A stretch of 63,046 nucleotides of DNA, filler included, from Piptocephalis cylindrospora (taxonomy: Eukaryota): NCBI GenBank assembly GCA_003614145.1. It is 4 parts of 4 records of this genome, joined end to end, with 100 filler letters (N's around TTAATTAATTAA, not from the genome) between each part and the next. Parts side by side here need not be neighbours in the genome. Positions count along the whole stretch, not along the records: positions 1 to 15,743 come from KZ987885.1; 3 more parts are not named here. One strand, given 5' to 3'. Each line of letters begins with the position of its first letter. The stretch's first letter is position 1. A model generated the notes under the pieces. It searched no databases, was not told the DNA's origin, and was given only the letters and a program-made list of their open reading frames with translations. Below, in pieces: positions 1 to 13,737 of the stretch. A program made the translations under genes and the position numbers.

Positions 1-2657
1 AGCCAAAGAAGCAGATGTAGCTACAATAATGCCAATTGTCTGCCCTACACAATCTACCTTGGTTTCCGCAAAAACCACTTCATCATGCTCAGGGCCACCA
101 CTGTACCCATTAATCCCGGGGACATCCTTTGCCCCATAATATCCGAGAACACCGGGCATTGCAAGGGCCCGAGAAGGGTCTACCTCGCAAATCTTACCAT
201 GCGCACGCTCGGAGAGGACGAGAGCTCCGTACAGCTCATTCGATTGGGGGGGTCTGGTCATCCAGGTACTCAGCCTCTCCGCAGGTCTGCTTCATGGCAG
301 CAAGATGGGCCACGGCCTCTCCATGAGCATCCTCCTTTTCGGCGCCAGAAGAATCATAAGACTGAGCTCCACGGGATACCCGGGCCTCTAGGCCTTGAGT
401 AAGGTCATGGGGAATGCGAACGGAGGAGTGTTCCGGGAAGTAGGAAAGGTGGGAGGATAGGCATTGGGCTAGCAGGCGGTGGTAGAGGGACACAGCAAGG
501 ACGAGGCGGTAGGAAGGCATCCCTCCAGGAGTTCCGAGATTGATTCCGGAAAAATCGTCTAAAAAGATAGCCTTTTGAGAGGCCACTTGAAGATGTTTGA
601 TGTTTTGATGGGGATACTCATCATCCACAAGCTCCTTGGAAACCTCGTCCACTGTTCTCCCCACACACACGTCACTCATGGCCTCGGCCTTTAAGGGGAC
701 CGGGGCCATTCCTCCATACGCGACATAACTGGACGAAATCGTCCCCGTTTTCTCATCCATCTTTAGACTGACCGCTGCATTAACCAGAGCAATATCATCA
801 TCCTTCCTACGGGAAACCTTGTAGGTGCGTACATATTCGCCTTTCCGACTTTTTTGCCGGATACGAAATGAGAGGATTAGTTCTTGAGCAGGGTTCAAAA
901 GTGTCTTTCGGTATCCGAGGAAAAAATCACGAATGGGTACCCATTTTTTATGGATAGTAACTAAAGAAAAAGATAGGTGAATTTCAATATGCGAAATAAA
1001 TGGGATAAGATCTCGAGATGGGAATGAAGATGCACTTCCTTCCAGGAAAAGAAAAGACCATCTTAGTTTTCCCACGGCGCATTCGCTTACCTGAATCGGC
1101 ACTATCAAGCCATCCAAGCTCTACATGGGCATCCAAGGCCATCCATACGGGAGAGAGGTCAGAGATGGGGGAAGCTGTGGCCAAATTACCAGCCAAGGTA
1201 GCCACAGAACGGATTTGCCTTCCGGCAAAGTACTTGAGTGCTTCATGCAATACCATGTAATGCTCCCTTTCGTACGCCTAGTTCAGAATAAAAGGATAGA
1301 TCAATAAGTGTCAAAAAAATTATGTCCTTACAATTGCCTGGCTTACAGGCCAATTAACAACCGTGGTGAAGAGATGGTGGGAAAAGCGATCCAAAGTTAG
1401 ATTACCCCCAAAGGAGACCAAACCTTGGGATTCATCCACATCAATCTTTCCCAGTCCCGGGATAGCATCGGCACTAAGGTAGATGGATATCTCCTCTCGG
1501 CTTCGCTTGGCCCTCATTTCTACGCCCACCTCGGTGTTTCCGGCAATAATTCTCGCTGTTGGATGAAGCTTCCGTAGACGCATGGCATCCAACAGAGAGT
1601 GAGGGTGATACCAAGTGCATCCATCTTGGGTGAAAGTCAAGGGCATTTCAGAAAGGGGAGAGGAGTAACGATCGGAGTTTGTACCCTCCGAGTGCTTTAC
1701 TTCATCCTGCCTACGGCCCCCTTCTTTGGCCAGGAGGATGAGGGCGGGAGGAAAGATGAGTTCGCGGGAAGGATCGTACGGTTGGTACTGGAAGGAAGAG
1801 TCGATCTTCTGAACCTTGCTGGGGATTAGTTCAGGAGCACCACCACTCGCTGATGTATCCTTACAGCAACCTCCTCCTCCACGTTGGTACTTGGCCTCTT
1901 CCATATGAGGATCTTGTGCTCTGCTCCCTTCATCCATACAGCAACCCTTTCCTCCATTATCAGCCCCTTTCCCACTCTTACAGCAGACGCCGGTCTTTTC
2001 TACACTAAAGGTCTTTGCGGCATCCAGGATAGGTCTATAACCGGTGCATCTGCACAGATTACCATCAAAGGCTTCCTCGATCTCCTCTTCAGTGGGCCTA
2101 GGGTTCGTGCGCAACAAGGCATACATAGACATGACAATGCCCGGGGTGCAGAAACCACATTGACTCCCGTGCATCTGGGCAATCCGCTCTTGGACGGGAT
2201 GCGGATTTGCAGAGGTCCCCAAGGCTTCAATGGTAATGACATGCTTTCCTTGAACAGAGGCAAGGGGGGAAAGACAGGCATTGACGGGGATGTGCCTACG
2301 AGAAGTAGTGAAAGCATACTCATGGAGTGCATTAGAAGAAGGGAGGAAGGGGTCATTCATCTAGGAACCTTACCGAATTGCCTGAGTGGCAAGGTCGTAG
2401 GAGGAAACGAGGACGGTACACGCGCCGCACCCTCCCTCCCCACATCCAAGCTTGGAGCCGGTCAGACCAATAGAACGAATGTACTGAAGCAGGGTGAGAT
2501 CAGGGGGGGGTTGGGTTAAAAGTGCCTTTCGTCCATTCAAGTAAAACAACAAAGTGGAGGGTTGGAGGGGGTCCTGGGGAGCAGTGTATTGTACTGTCTT
2601 GGTCCCCGAACCCAGTGCTAGGGAGGGGATGGTCATGTCAGAAGTAGCCCTAGTCAT
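1..2657 (-). CDS. XDH: Xanthine dehydrogenase/oxidase, multi-exon, 3'-truncated by the window/contig start
   Basis: 2Fe-2S motifs [25 protein letters not shown] and [18 protein letters not shown]-domain motifs [25 protein letters not shown] and [17 protein letters not shown]; start of the Moco domain ([12 protein letters not shown]). ORF pieces are joined by GT-AG introns. Confidence 0.95.
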
Positions 2658-4346
2658 GGCAGGAATGTAGACTTTGATGACACAAACAAGAGGGAGAGGA
2701 TGAAGGATACGACTGGGTAGGAGGGTGGAGGGGGAGAGATGGTATAGGGATAGAAAGAAGGCGAAGATGAATACGTCACTCGGCCTTTTAACTGAATGCC
2801 CCTTTAAATAGGATATGCCCTAGCTCAGTGCAAGCACTGGTGTGGGAAAGCGTGCGGTCATCCAGACTAGGATAAGGGACAGGGAGTCCATTTGCTCAGC
2901 ACTAATCCGATGAGTGAGGACAGCCTGACTGACCGTTTCCAACCCCGATCCAGCTGACCATTCCACCCCCCTTCTCAGCTACCATGCACATGACCCCTAT
3001 AGCGTTGCTGAAAGCCTGATTGTCTCAGGGGAAATCACACAGCCCAGAAAGAGAGTGTCTCCACGGATGGACAGGGAGGGAAAAGGAAGAGACTACAGAG
3101 CCGAGATCAAGGAGGACCAGCTCGAGTGATCCACCCTAGATCTTCATAAAGGCGGAGAGGGCCTCTAGTTAACCATGAAAAAGGATAAATTTAAGATAGC
3201 AGAGAATATCCGTGCAGTGTTTGGGGCGCTATGCATGATGATACTATCAGAGATCAAATCATTCCTAGAGAACTAGATGAATAGTATTTTACCAAGTTGA
3301 ATTGCCTAGATAGTACGAGCCGGGGACTAATGAAAGATTGGATAGTAAGAATAAGTTGAGTATTCTTCCACGATCGATATCGAGGTGGAATCCTATAGCA
3401 AGGCTACTACTGTACAGTATCATCGTGCTCATCCAAAGCAACTGTCCTCTAAGGGAACCGGGATTGGACATCAATACAAAGAGAGTAGATTCAAAGTGAT
3501 GTATTTGTATGTATATACGTGCATACCTGATGAATGGCATTGAGGATATATGCTGTACAACGTGGTCGCATCAACCTTACTACTAGTGTGAATCGGAGCC
3601 ACTTTCATGTATGAATAAATGGTGACCGCAATATAGATGGACATCATGGTATAAGTTTTTATCGGTACTTTTTGCATCTTTTGACAGGACGGGTTTTAAT
3701 GACAGTGAGGAAGGGATCTACTTACCCTTCTCCCTGGAGGCAACACTTTGTGCTCTCCCTTCTTCATTCCCTCACTAGAGGGTGTACTCGGTAATCTCCC
3801 AGGTGTCCCGTGCCGACAGCATGCCCTGTGATATCACTACATCTCGTCTTGGGACGCAAGTCGATATATTAATTTTGGGTCATGGATAAGTCAACACCAA
3901 CACTTTAAGGACAAGGGGGAGTCGTGGCCCAAGTGAGCGATGCAACATGAGGCTCTCATTCGACCAGAAAGGTCGGCTCAGCATGGCGCATCCTATCCAC
4001 CCGACCATGGTGATCAGCCTCACACTCTTGGCCATCACATGCATTGCTATCCTGTGAGGCCACGGACGACCCAGGAAAACCACGCCTGAGCCCTAAGACG
4101 CGTCCCATTTCTACTCTAGCAGACGCGACTGTTTTGCCGCGTCAAACGATGAAGGGAACATACATACGCGCACGCGTCAGGTAAAGGAAATGATCAACAC
4201 ACATTCACCATTTGTACTGCAGCGCCTTTGACATCCAAGTTCCTCTCACCCACCACACCCCCTTCTCTCTGTCCTTATCCCTCCCTCTCTCTCTTTCTCT
4301 CTCAGCCACCTTTCTCCTTGTCTTCCTCCTCTAGCACAATCTCTGC

Positions 4347-5017
4347 TTAAATGTACTGCGATACCCAGCGGAATCCATCACCGTAGCCCTGGCGCATGAC
4401 CACAGAGCACATGAAGACCTCAATGGGCCTGATGCCCTCAAGGGGGACCTTGCCCTTGCCAGTAGTCTGGTAGAGGCCAAGGTGGGCACGGAGATCGTCC
4501 TCGCTGACGGCGCCAGGGGCGTCAATCTTGTTACCGAGGATAAGGAAGGGGACAGAGGAGAGCTCCTCAATGGCCAGGAGGGCATCGAGCTCCTGCTTGG
4601 ACTCGGGGAACCTCTGGTGATCAGTGGTATCAACAAGGAAGACAACGCCATCGACCTCGGGAAAGTAGTCCTTCCAAAGACGACGAGCCTGCTGATGTCC
4701 ACCGAGATCGTAGGTGGTGAACTTGACGTTCCCAATGGCAAGCTCCTCGGAGGCTAAAGGAGCGGAGGTGGAGAGAGGGAGAGAAGTGAGAGACCGCGTG
4801 ATCCCACTCATGATCCCCCAAGACTCCACAGCACACAACACACGCTCTACGTACTAGGATGAAGAGTGGGCTGAAGAGTGGCCAGACGATCGTTCTTCAG
4901 CATGTGCAGGAGAGTGGTCTTTCCGGCATTATCCAGGCCGAGGAAGAGAATCTTGGCGTTCTTGTTAACCAGGCCAAAAGTGGCCAGGACATCCCAGAAC
5001 CAGTTGACGATGAACAT
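4347..5017 (-). CDS. SAR1: Small GTPase Sar1 (COPII); 2 exons (5017-4855, 4753-4347)
   Basis: [11 protein letters not shown]...[33 protein letters not shown]...[16 protein letters not shown]...GNKID; GTACGT...TTAG intron at 4854-4754. Confidence 0.98.
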
Positions 5018-5410
5018 GTCGTGGAGGTGGCGAGTTGAAAGTGTGAAAGTGAGGAAGGGAGTGAGCACCGAAGGGGAGCTAGCGGAGGGAAGAGGGTGGG
5101 GAAAGGAAAAGAGTGATGGAGGGCGACAAGAAAGGAGCAAGAAAGGGGGAAGGAAGGGGAGGTGTGGTAGTGGAAGGGTGTTGGGGAAAAGGACAGAATG
5201 TAGCCAAATAGGGAGAGTGCCGCACGCCCTCTCCTAGGCGCTGGAGAGTGAGAGTGGGAGTTCAACGGCCGTGTGGCGGCAACAGTACTGGCAGATAAGT
5301 GACCGATGAAGGGGGAGGAGGGTATATGGGACGAGACTATGACCACCGCGCTGTGAAGGAAGAGTGAAGCACCACGACCGGGGTAATGTGGCGCTGGCCT
5401 AGAGAAGGCG

Positions 5411-5480
5411 CGTGTATGTATATATGTGTGTGTATGTAAGTGTATGTATGTGTGTGTGTGTGTGTATGTTAGTAGTATGT
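5411..5480. repeat. Imperfect (TG/TA)n microsatellite upstream of SAR1
   Basis: cgtgtatgtatatatgtgtgtgtatgtaagtgtatgtatgtgtgtgtgtgtgtgtatg. Confidence 0.85.
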
Positions 5481-6375
5481 GTTGGAACGATTCCATACCT
5501 GATACACATCTTGAAAAGGGTGACAGAGAAAGGGGGCCTGACTATAGCCCTCCCATCCCCCTTTAGCTGGCCGTAGCAATGGGTTGCATCCCTCTTCTCT
5601 ACTTATGTCTTACAAAGGACTTGCTAGCCGGCCAGTATGCGCTCATCACCGCCATACAGAGATGGCCACGCATTGTGTGGTGGGGGATGGTCTTCCTAAA
5701 TCTCAATCTGGTCGGAGTTGTAGGGTCATTTCCATGAGTCTCCAGCCCAAAGGGACCAGGGCAAAATCAGTTGGTAAATGGAGAGGCAAAGACACATTTC
5801 CCCATGGCCAAACCTCGATCACATCTGCCCGCCCCATTGTCCAAAGCAAGGAGGGCTTGGTGGGTCAGAGATATCTCTGCAATCTTCCCTGTGTTGTGTA
5901 GATCATAATATTCGACGCCATTCAATGAACAACCATGGGGAGATGGGACATGTAAAACTTGCCTATTCCCTGTCTATCTGGGCAGTGAAAACGTTTGCAT
6001 TGAAAATTCGTATCCAAACCGACCCGATCAATACATCCTTCGTAATATGAGATAAGGAAAGAAAAATGGGAAACATCCAGGAAAGACACGGAGACGGACA
6101 GGTCCAAGGGTCCCCATCCACAGGGGCTATGGCAGCACCCATCCTTTAGTAACCTCATCATTCATTCCTCCCCTTCTCCGATGGCTGCGTGGGTAAAGGT
6201 CTCTTTGGATTGACGTTTAACACCCGACCTCCATCTTACGTTATCTCTCTTCCTCATTGCCTCATCTTTCCTCACCTTACTCCATCCATCCTTTCCCCTC
6301 TCCATAAGTCCCCTTATTCAGTGTCCATCCCCAAAATTATTGATACTCTCCGCATTCCCTCCCCCTCCCCCCGTT

Positions 6376-9300
6376 ATGGTCAACACCTTCCAAGTCACCG
6401 CCATCCTTGAGGACTTGCCGGTCAAGGTGGAGTGTATCCACACGGCCAGTAGGTTCCCAGAGCACATGCCCCCCTCTTCTCTTGATTCTGATTAGCTCTT
6501 CCCTTGCCCCTCTTAGAAAAAAAGGTCTACCTAGGGGCCTCTTCCGGTGCCTTACTAGTTTACGGGATCTCCACGGATGAATCAGGTGAGTGTAGCTGGA
6601 AGTCTTGATCCTCTCCTGTGGCAATAGAGCAGGCGAGCCATACTTATCATTTTCCTCAGAGACCAAGCTGGTCCCGCAGCTTACCCTGACGGAATTTAAA
6701 AAGTCCTTCTCTCGACGTCCTATCGAACAGCTCTGCGTGTCCCCTCAGCTCAATTCTTTACTCTGTCTGACGGGTATGTTCATGCTTCTCGGATGCTCAG
6801 CATCCCTCAATCTCCCCTTTACTCAATCAATTCATCCCAATGGATAGACGGATGTGTCAACCAATATGACCTACAGACTCTGACTCTACGCTCGACCATG
6901 GCGGCTCCTCGAGGTGCTCATATCTTTGACGTAACCCACGAGATGGATGATAGCGTCCCCATCGCTGTCCCTACCACTGTTGTCCGCGTCGCCATTGGCG
7001 TAAAGAAACGCGTATGGATTTTGACCTTTCGGGATGGAGAATTGGCCCAATCTAAGGTAATATCCATTCCCGTCCCATCTCTCCAGCTTCATTTGGATCC
7101 CGCCTCGCCTAATATCCGTCCTCCCTTACCTAGGACTTTCCCGTGACGGAAAAGGCTCGATGCCTCACCTTTAGAAATCCTTATACATTGTGTATTGGCC
7201 TGGCCAAGGAATTTCTCCAGATGGACATCATGTCCGGAGAATGCACTGATCTCCTCTCCTCCCTTCTTCCTCCTCCCTCCTCCTCTCCCAAGGTTGGTTC
7301 AGGCGATAATCCGGGCTACCGAGGATCTCCACATACCCCGGGGTCATCTGATCCTCAGTCCACTCGTGTCACCCCCACCACCAGTACTGGAGGTGCCATT
7401 GGATCCGCCGCCTTGGATGCCTTTAGTACAGCCTTGACGCTAGGCGGTGCGGTCACAATGATGGGTGGAATTACGGGCGGAGGTAGCTCTCGGCCCACTG
7501 GCACCCTGTGCTTCCCCCTGGGTGACGCATCAGAGGGGCGAATGTTGACCAACAAAGAAGCTGTTAGTCTTGTCCTTGGGGGTGGCGGCCGTGGGGACAC
7601 ACAAAGTATCCGCTGGACTGGAATTCCTGAAGAAATGAGTAAGGTTGGGAGCTAGTCCGGCTTGTCCTTTCCTGTCAGTGTCAAATCTCCCCTCTTTCCA
7701 TTTACCTCATCCTCATCCATTGTCTAGTCCATGTGAGCCCACATCTCATTGCTACGCTACCGCGGGGATCTGGGGTTGAGGTCCGATCCTTGGGAACAGG
7801 AAATCTCATGGAATCTCTCAATCTTCCCCATGCACGATTTCTCTCAAATTGTCCCGAGGCCCCCTATGCTTTTGCCGCTGGTCCTGAGAACGTATGGCTC
7901 CTGTACCCTGTGCCAATTTTACGGCAAGTGGAGGATTTGATGATAGAAAAGGAGTTTGACGAGGCCATCAGCCTCATCCATCAGTCTATGGACCAAATTG
8001 ATGAAGAGTACCAGGATGGGCCTGATGGAGGAAGGAGAAAGGAGGCCGAGGTGAAAAAGGCCTTTGCTCACCACCTCTTCCAGATTGGCGCCTTTGATAA
8101 GGCCATCTCTCTTTTTCAATCCCTCAATACTGATCCTGCCGAGGTCATCTCCCTCCTTCCCCCGGAGATCTCCGGATCTCTCCATGGAGAGGGTCCTGGT
8201 TCCCCCATGCAGGCCAAGGACCTCCAGGAGGCCCTAGGTGCCTTGATCCGCTTCTTGACTGATCGTCGGCGATGGATCGGTCGGTTGCTGCGTCAGGTGA
8301 GCAAGGATTCCGACATCTCTCCTCCCTCCTCGATCGACCCCCACCTCGGCCCACCCACTACTTCCCCAAGTTGTGGTGCCTCCCCCAAGTCCCATGATGC
8401 GGCCTCCCTCACCTCTGGGTCCTATGTGACTAGTGGGGCCGATGATGGCCCATGCCCCTATACCCACGCTCAGCTTCTATCATTAGCTGAGCATGTCGAC
8501 ACTGCCTTGCTGCGTGCCTATCTCATGAGCAATGAAGCCTTGGTGGGTCCTTTGCTTCGTGTGGCCAATCATTGCAGGGTCGAGGAAAGCGCCAAGCTCC
8601 TGAGTGATCGTGGCAGGTATAGGGAACTCGTGGATTTATACTATGGTAAGGGCCATCACCGGAAGGCCCTCCAGCTTTTGGCTCGCCTTGGCTCCTCCCA
8701 GGATGCTGGGCCCCTACAGGGCGTTGGGCCCTCCATCATGTACTTTCAGCGGCTAAAATCCAACCAGGTGGATCTGATTCTCGAATTTTCCACTTGGATT
8801 CTCAGAGAGGATCCAGAGAGTGGCTTGAGCGTAAGTGTTGCCAGGACCATTGATTGTTGCATTGGAATAGTCAATGGAGGAGACCCTTATCGTCACCATT
8901 GTCATTACCTCACCAAAATTACTACTTTTTCCCCTTCCTACATAAAGATTTTTCTGGATGATTACGGTCCAGTAGAGTCATTCCCTCGAATGAGGGTAGT
9001 GGAGCACCTAGAGCAGTTTCCTCCTGTCATGGGCATCCGGTACCTTGAACATGTCATTCGTGATCTACGTGATGTCAACCCCGAATGTCATACCCGTCTT
9101 CCTTGCCTATATATCCGGTGGATTGAGCAGGAGATGGCCCGTCAAGGTAGGCCGATAGTACATCGTATAGGGGATGAAAGGGATGATCCGGATGGCTGAC
9201 CCACCTTCATTTCGACTAATATGATATAGCAGGAGGAGGATCTGACAAGGATTATAATCCCACGGAGATGGAGAAGGTGGATGTAGATACTCTGAGAAAA

Positions 9301-10332
9301 ACCCTCATTGCCTTCCTTACCCAATCCTTACTCTTTAAACCAGCTAGGGTTTTGAGTCAATTGCCCAGTGAAGGTAAAAACCATTTGAGTGGGGAGTGTA
9401 CGAGGAAGGTTACCATAATGCTTATCTTTTTTAAAATTAGGATTTGAGGAGGAAAGAGCCATTGTCCTGGGAAGGCTGAAGCGATTTGAGCAGGCAGTGT
9501 ACATCTATGTCCATCGGATCAAAGATCTGGAAAAGGCGGAAAGGTGAGAAATCCTGTGAGAAGATCAAGGCATCAATCCAATACTTTGACTGATCCCTCC
9601 ATCCTTCGATCATGGTGCCTTTAATAATAGCTTCTGTTTAGGATATGCCACCACGGAGGGAAACTCTATCTTCCTTACTCTGCTTAAGGTCCTACTCAAA
9701 CCACCCATGTCTGCAGATAAGGAGGAAGGTCTTGAGGACCTCATGACTCCTGCTTTGGATATTCTCAACCGATACGGAGCCTTCATTGACTCTAGAGAAG
9801 TGAGTGAAGAGATGGTTATGGGTCGTACCCCGTCTACATACCATCTCATCCAGTACCATTTAGGCCATGAAACTGCTTCCCAAGGATACTAAGATTCGTG
9901 AAATGTACCCATCCTTGGAAAAGTACCTTCGTGCTAGTCAGGGTCAAGGGAGGGAAAATCAGATTGTCCTTTCCTTGGAAAAGACGCGCCATTTCAATGT
10001 AAGTTCTTTGATGTAATAGATAATCCCTGCCCCTGATCTCTCGTCTCACCTCCTCCCAAAAGACGCGAGAAGAAATGGCCATGGCTCAGGCAAGAAGGGT
10101 CCAGATCACCGAGGAACGAACCTGTCCTCAGTGCTTCAAGCGCATTGGAACCAGGTAAGAATAAATGACAAGGGTATTGAAATGATATCTATGTGCTGAC
10201 CGCAAACGCCAACCTCCCAATTTCAGTGTTTTTGCGGTGATGCCAGATGGAAAGGTTGTCCATTACTCCTGTCGAGATCGCATGCTCCAAGCTTTGAAAG
10301 ATCCCTTGGTCCATGTTGAATCTACTGGATAG
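6376..10332 (+). CDS. VPS39: Vam6/Vps39 HOPS subunit (CNH domain, CHCR repeat, C-terminal zinc finger), multi-exon
   Basis: N-terminal CNH-like exons (KKVYLGASSGALLVY; RRPIEQL); VDTALLRAYL...LVGPLLRVANHC; ELVDLYYGKGHHRKALQLL; C-terminal ITEERTCPQCFKRIGTSVFAVMPDGKVVHYSC. Confidence 0.93.
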
Positions 10333-10452
10333 GCAGCATTACTGGAAAGAGTAGAGGGTTGAATTGGGGATAGGTTGCCGATCGCAATAGACGCGCTTTT
10401 ATATTTCATTCATGAGCTTCTACCCCATATCGTGTATCTGTCTCGACAAGCC

Positions 10453-13256
10453 TTAGTATTTTTCGATGGATGCCGAGTGCTTTCGCATATAATGGAGGAG
10501 CTGGACAATAGCTGCCGGATCCATCCCCTCGATTCGCTTGGCAGCACCCTGATGATCACAACATAAAAAAATAACGTTAGAGGTCATTTATCCCCATCTA
10601 TCCCTATTCCACTTCATCTCATTCTTACCAACGTGGCTGGTCGGGTATTCATGAGCTTCTCCACCTGCTCAGCATTCAAAAATCCCGTTCTGTAAGATTC
10701 GATTAATAGAAGCGTGCTGTTAGTATTAATGATGCTTTTCCTTTCCCTCTTTTTTGTTGTCAATGCTTCTTACAAACGATAGTCCAAGGTATCAGGAATG
10801 GGAATAGATTCATCCCGACGAAATGACGCAATCTCCACACGCTGGCGCGCCAAATGACCCATGTACTTTCCTGGATGTGGATGTGGGCGAGGATAGTCAG
10901 TCAGAGATATCCCTTTCTCATGACTTACTCCCATCCCCTCATGCTATAGCCACATACCCTCAACTTCCAATCGTTGTCGGACTCCGGGAGAAATACAAGC
11001 AAAATCGGGAAGAAGGGCTGTAAGCTGCTTAGCTCCCACACCGGTCTGTTTCATGATCTCTAGGCCGCTAATAATAATAATAACAGAAGAAGATACCGAT
11101 CAGTATTGTTAAGCTCCTGATTCAATATCCTGACTTCTACTCAGACCTTACACCTACTTTCTTCGAATCCCATCCAGCTTGACTTTGATCCCCAAGGAAT
11201 TCCAAATTTGAGGGGCATGATTTACTTGACGCAAGAGCTCCATACCTTGATCCAATTCTGCGGAAACCAATAAGGTCCTCCTCATCCGCTCCTCTCCCAC
11301 AATACCAGAGGCGTGCCCTAGATTACCGCAATAATGGATAGGTAAGCTCATGGCTCACTAAACCCCCCCCCCCCCCCCCCCCCTCCCCTATCTTCTCCCA
11401 TTTCCTTACCTCGTCGAGTCAATCGAATATCGGCATTATCGGATCGGACGGTGAGACGAAATTCACTTCGGCTCGTGAACATCCTGTAGGGTTCCTCTAC
11501 GCCCTTACCCACCAGATCATCAACAAGGACGCCCAGATAAGCTTCGTCTCTCCCCAGGATAAAAGGCTCCTTTCCAGCGGCACTAAGACCGGCATTGGCC
11601 CCAGCAAGGATTCCCTGGGCGGCGGCCTCTTCATACCCAGTAGTTCCATTGATCTGGCCAGCAAGGTAAAGACCCCGTAATCGCCTGGTCTCCAGAGTTG
11701 GTCGTAAGGATCTAGGATCCACATAGTCATACTCCACACCATAGCCTGGACGGACCATGGTGGCGTCTTCTAGACCAGGGATGGTGCGAAGCATCCTTGC
11801 CTGAACTTCTTCAGGAAGGGTCATACTAATCCCATTGGGGTAAACAATATCCGTGTCAAACCCTATAGAGTTTTTGAAATGGTGTATAAGGATAAAATAA
11901 GAGATCAGATGATACCAGGTACTCTTACCTTCTTTTTCAAGCCAAACAAGATGAGAATTTTTATGGCCAAACTTGATGACTTTTGACTCAATCGAAGGAC
12001 AGTACCGGGGGCCACGAACTGTCTCACGGATGTGAATGCTTTTATCTAGGTTATCGCTAACTATTTTGTGTGTTTCTGGAGTGGTGCGGGTTTGATAGTT
12101 GATAATTTGATCGGCCTTGGATGGGATAAAAATGAGTAGGCGGATGGACAAGTAGATGCACCCCTTTCTCTAATTATTTCTTACCTCGTGGGGCACAGAA
12201 TCATGAAGGTAGGAGAAGGGAGTGGCAGGCACATCGCCCGGCTGAGGTGTCAAATGGGTATAATTGATGGTCCGACCATCCAATCGTGGAGGGGTGCCTA
12301 AGAAAAGGGTAATGGGTTGATCAAATGAACAGGCTATCGAACGATCCATCGCTCAAAGAATCACCCTCATACCAGTCTTGAGTCTAGCCAGAGTAAACCC
12401 AGCCTTTTCCAATGAATCGGATAGGCGGTAGGAGGCTTTGTCGCCCATCCTGCCCGCTGGAAAGGATTCGAGGCCAATATGTATCTCTCCTCGAAGGAAC
12501 GTGCCGGTGGTGATAATCACCTTTTTAGACTCGATAACCTCTCCAGACTCCAGACGAACCCCCCTAACGGCCCCGACGGAGGATCCAGTAGGGTCAGCTT
12601 CCCAGGAAATATCAAGGTCGGACACACTACCTTCTCGAACCTGTAGATTGGGGTAATTGAGAATGGTGTCTTGCATGTGTCTCTTATACAAGGTCCTATC
12701 CATCTGAGCTCTGGGCCCATGAACTGCTGGGCCCTTGGATCGATTTAGTATACGAAAGTGAATACCAGCTTTATCTAATGGGATTGTGGACGGAATTGAG
12801 GACGAAAAGAATGAAAAAATGCAAAAGATGCAGAATATTTACCAGCAACACGACCACAAACACCATCTAGGGCATCAATCTCTCGGACCAGGACGCCCTT
12901 TCCAACCCCTCCGATGGAGGGGTTACAAGATAGCTCACCTAGGGCAGTGGAGGAGAGGGAGGATGAGAATGGGGGCATAACACGGGAGATGGATTATTAA
13001 AAACAAATGTACCAATGGTCTCGATACGCTGAGTCAATAGGAGGGTGCGTGCACCTGCACGAGCAGCAGCGGTACAGGCTTCACACCCAGCATGTCCCCC
13101 ACCAATCACGACAACATCATAAGGTGACGAGAGGGGAGGGATGGCCGTGGTAGCAAGGGACCGTTGGAATGTCGAACAGGCAGAACGACGCAGACCCAAG
13201 GCCGCAAACTTTAGAGACCGTTGCAGCCGAAGGGAGGGGGAGCGTAGGATAGACAT
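10453..13256 (-). CDS. MTO1: Mitochondrial tRNA uridine modification enzyme Mto1 (GidA/MnmG family), multi-exon
   Basis: Presequence-like N-terminus; [88 protein letters not shown]. Confidence 0.96.
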
Positions 13257-13737
13257 ACACAGGGTGCTCCGGATTTGATCGCTTAGAAGGCGCTTAAACA
13301 AGGTAGAGGGATGGAAAAAGGGAAAGGGGAAGGGCTATCCAGAGCAGCATACCGCTCTAACCCGGTCAGTGCTCAAGGAAGGCTCCCGAGGAAATGCCTA
13401 TTTTAGACAGATGCGATTGAATCTTGCTTGTGGTAGTAAACAACGAAATGTTGAACCTTGCTTGTGTGACTAGCATTTGGTATAGAGCGAGCTGGGAAAA
13501 TTAAATTTTTAGGATGTGGATGATGGACGATATTTTTAGGTACATAATTTAGTTATTTTACAATTTTGGCTTTGTTTAGGATGTGAGGGTGTGTTGGTCG
13601 ACAATGATAATACAGGGCAATCTTGCTTGCTGCTAGAGGCAGAAAGGAAGGGAGCATCCTTCTTCACCTTACTGCTCCCCCCCTCCCTGGTCTCTCTTGG
13701 CCCAAAACGCTCACCTCAGTAAACAACTCGAAATTCC

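Noticed and set aside
3718..3885. Possible U1 snRNA (TACTTACC start and an AATTTTGG Sm-like site)
   Set aside because: No U1 stem-loop I/II sequences (GATCACGAAG, ATTGCACT) are present; ACTTACC is simply the reverse complement of a splice donor.
4897..5496. 199-aa ORF with HTHTY repeats
   Set aside because: It is a translation of a microsatellite and the SAR1 promoter/UTR.
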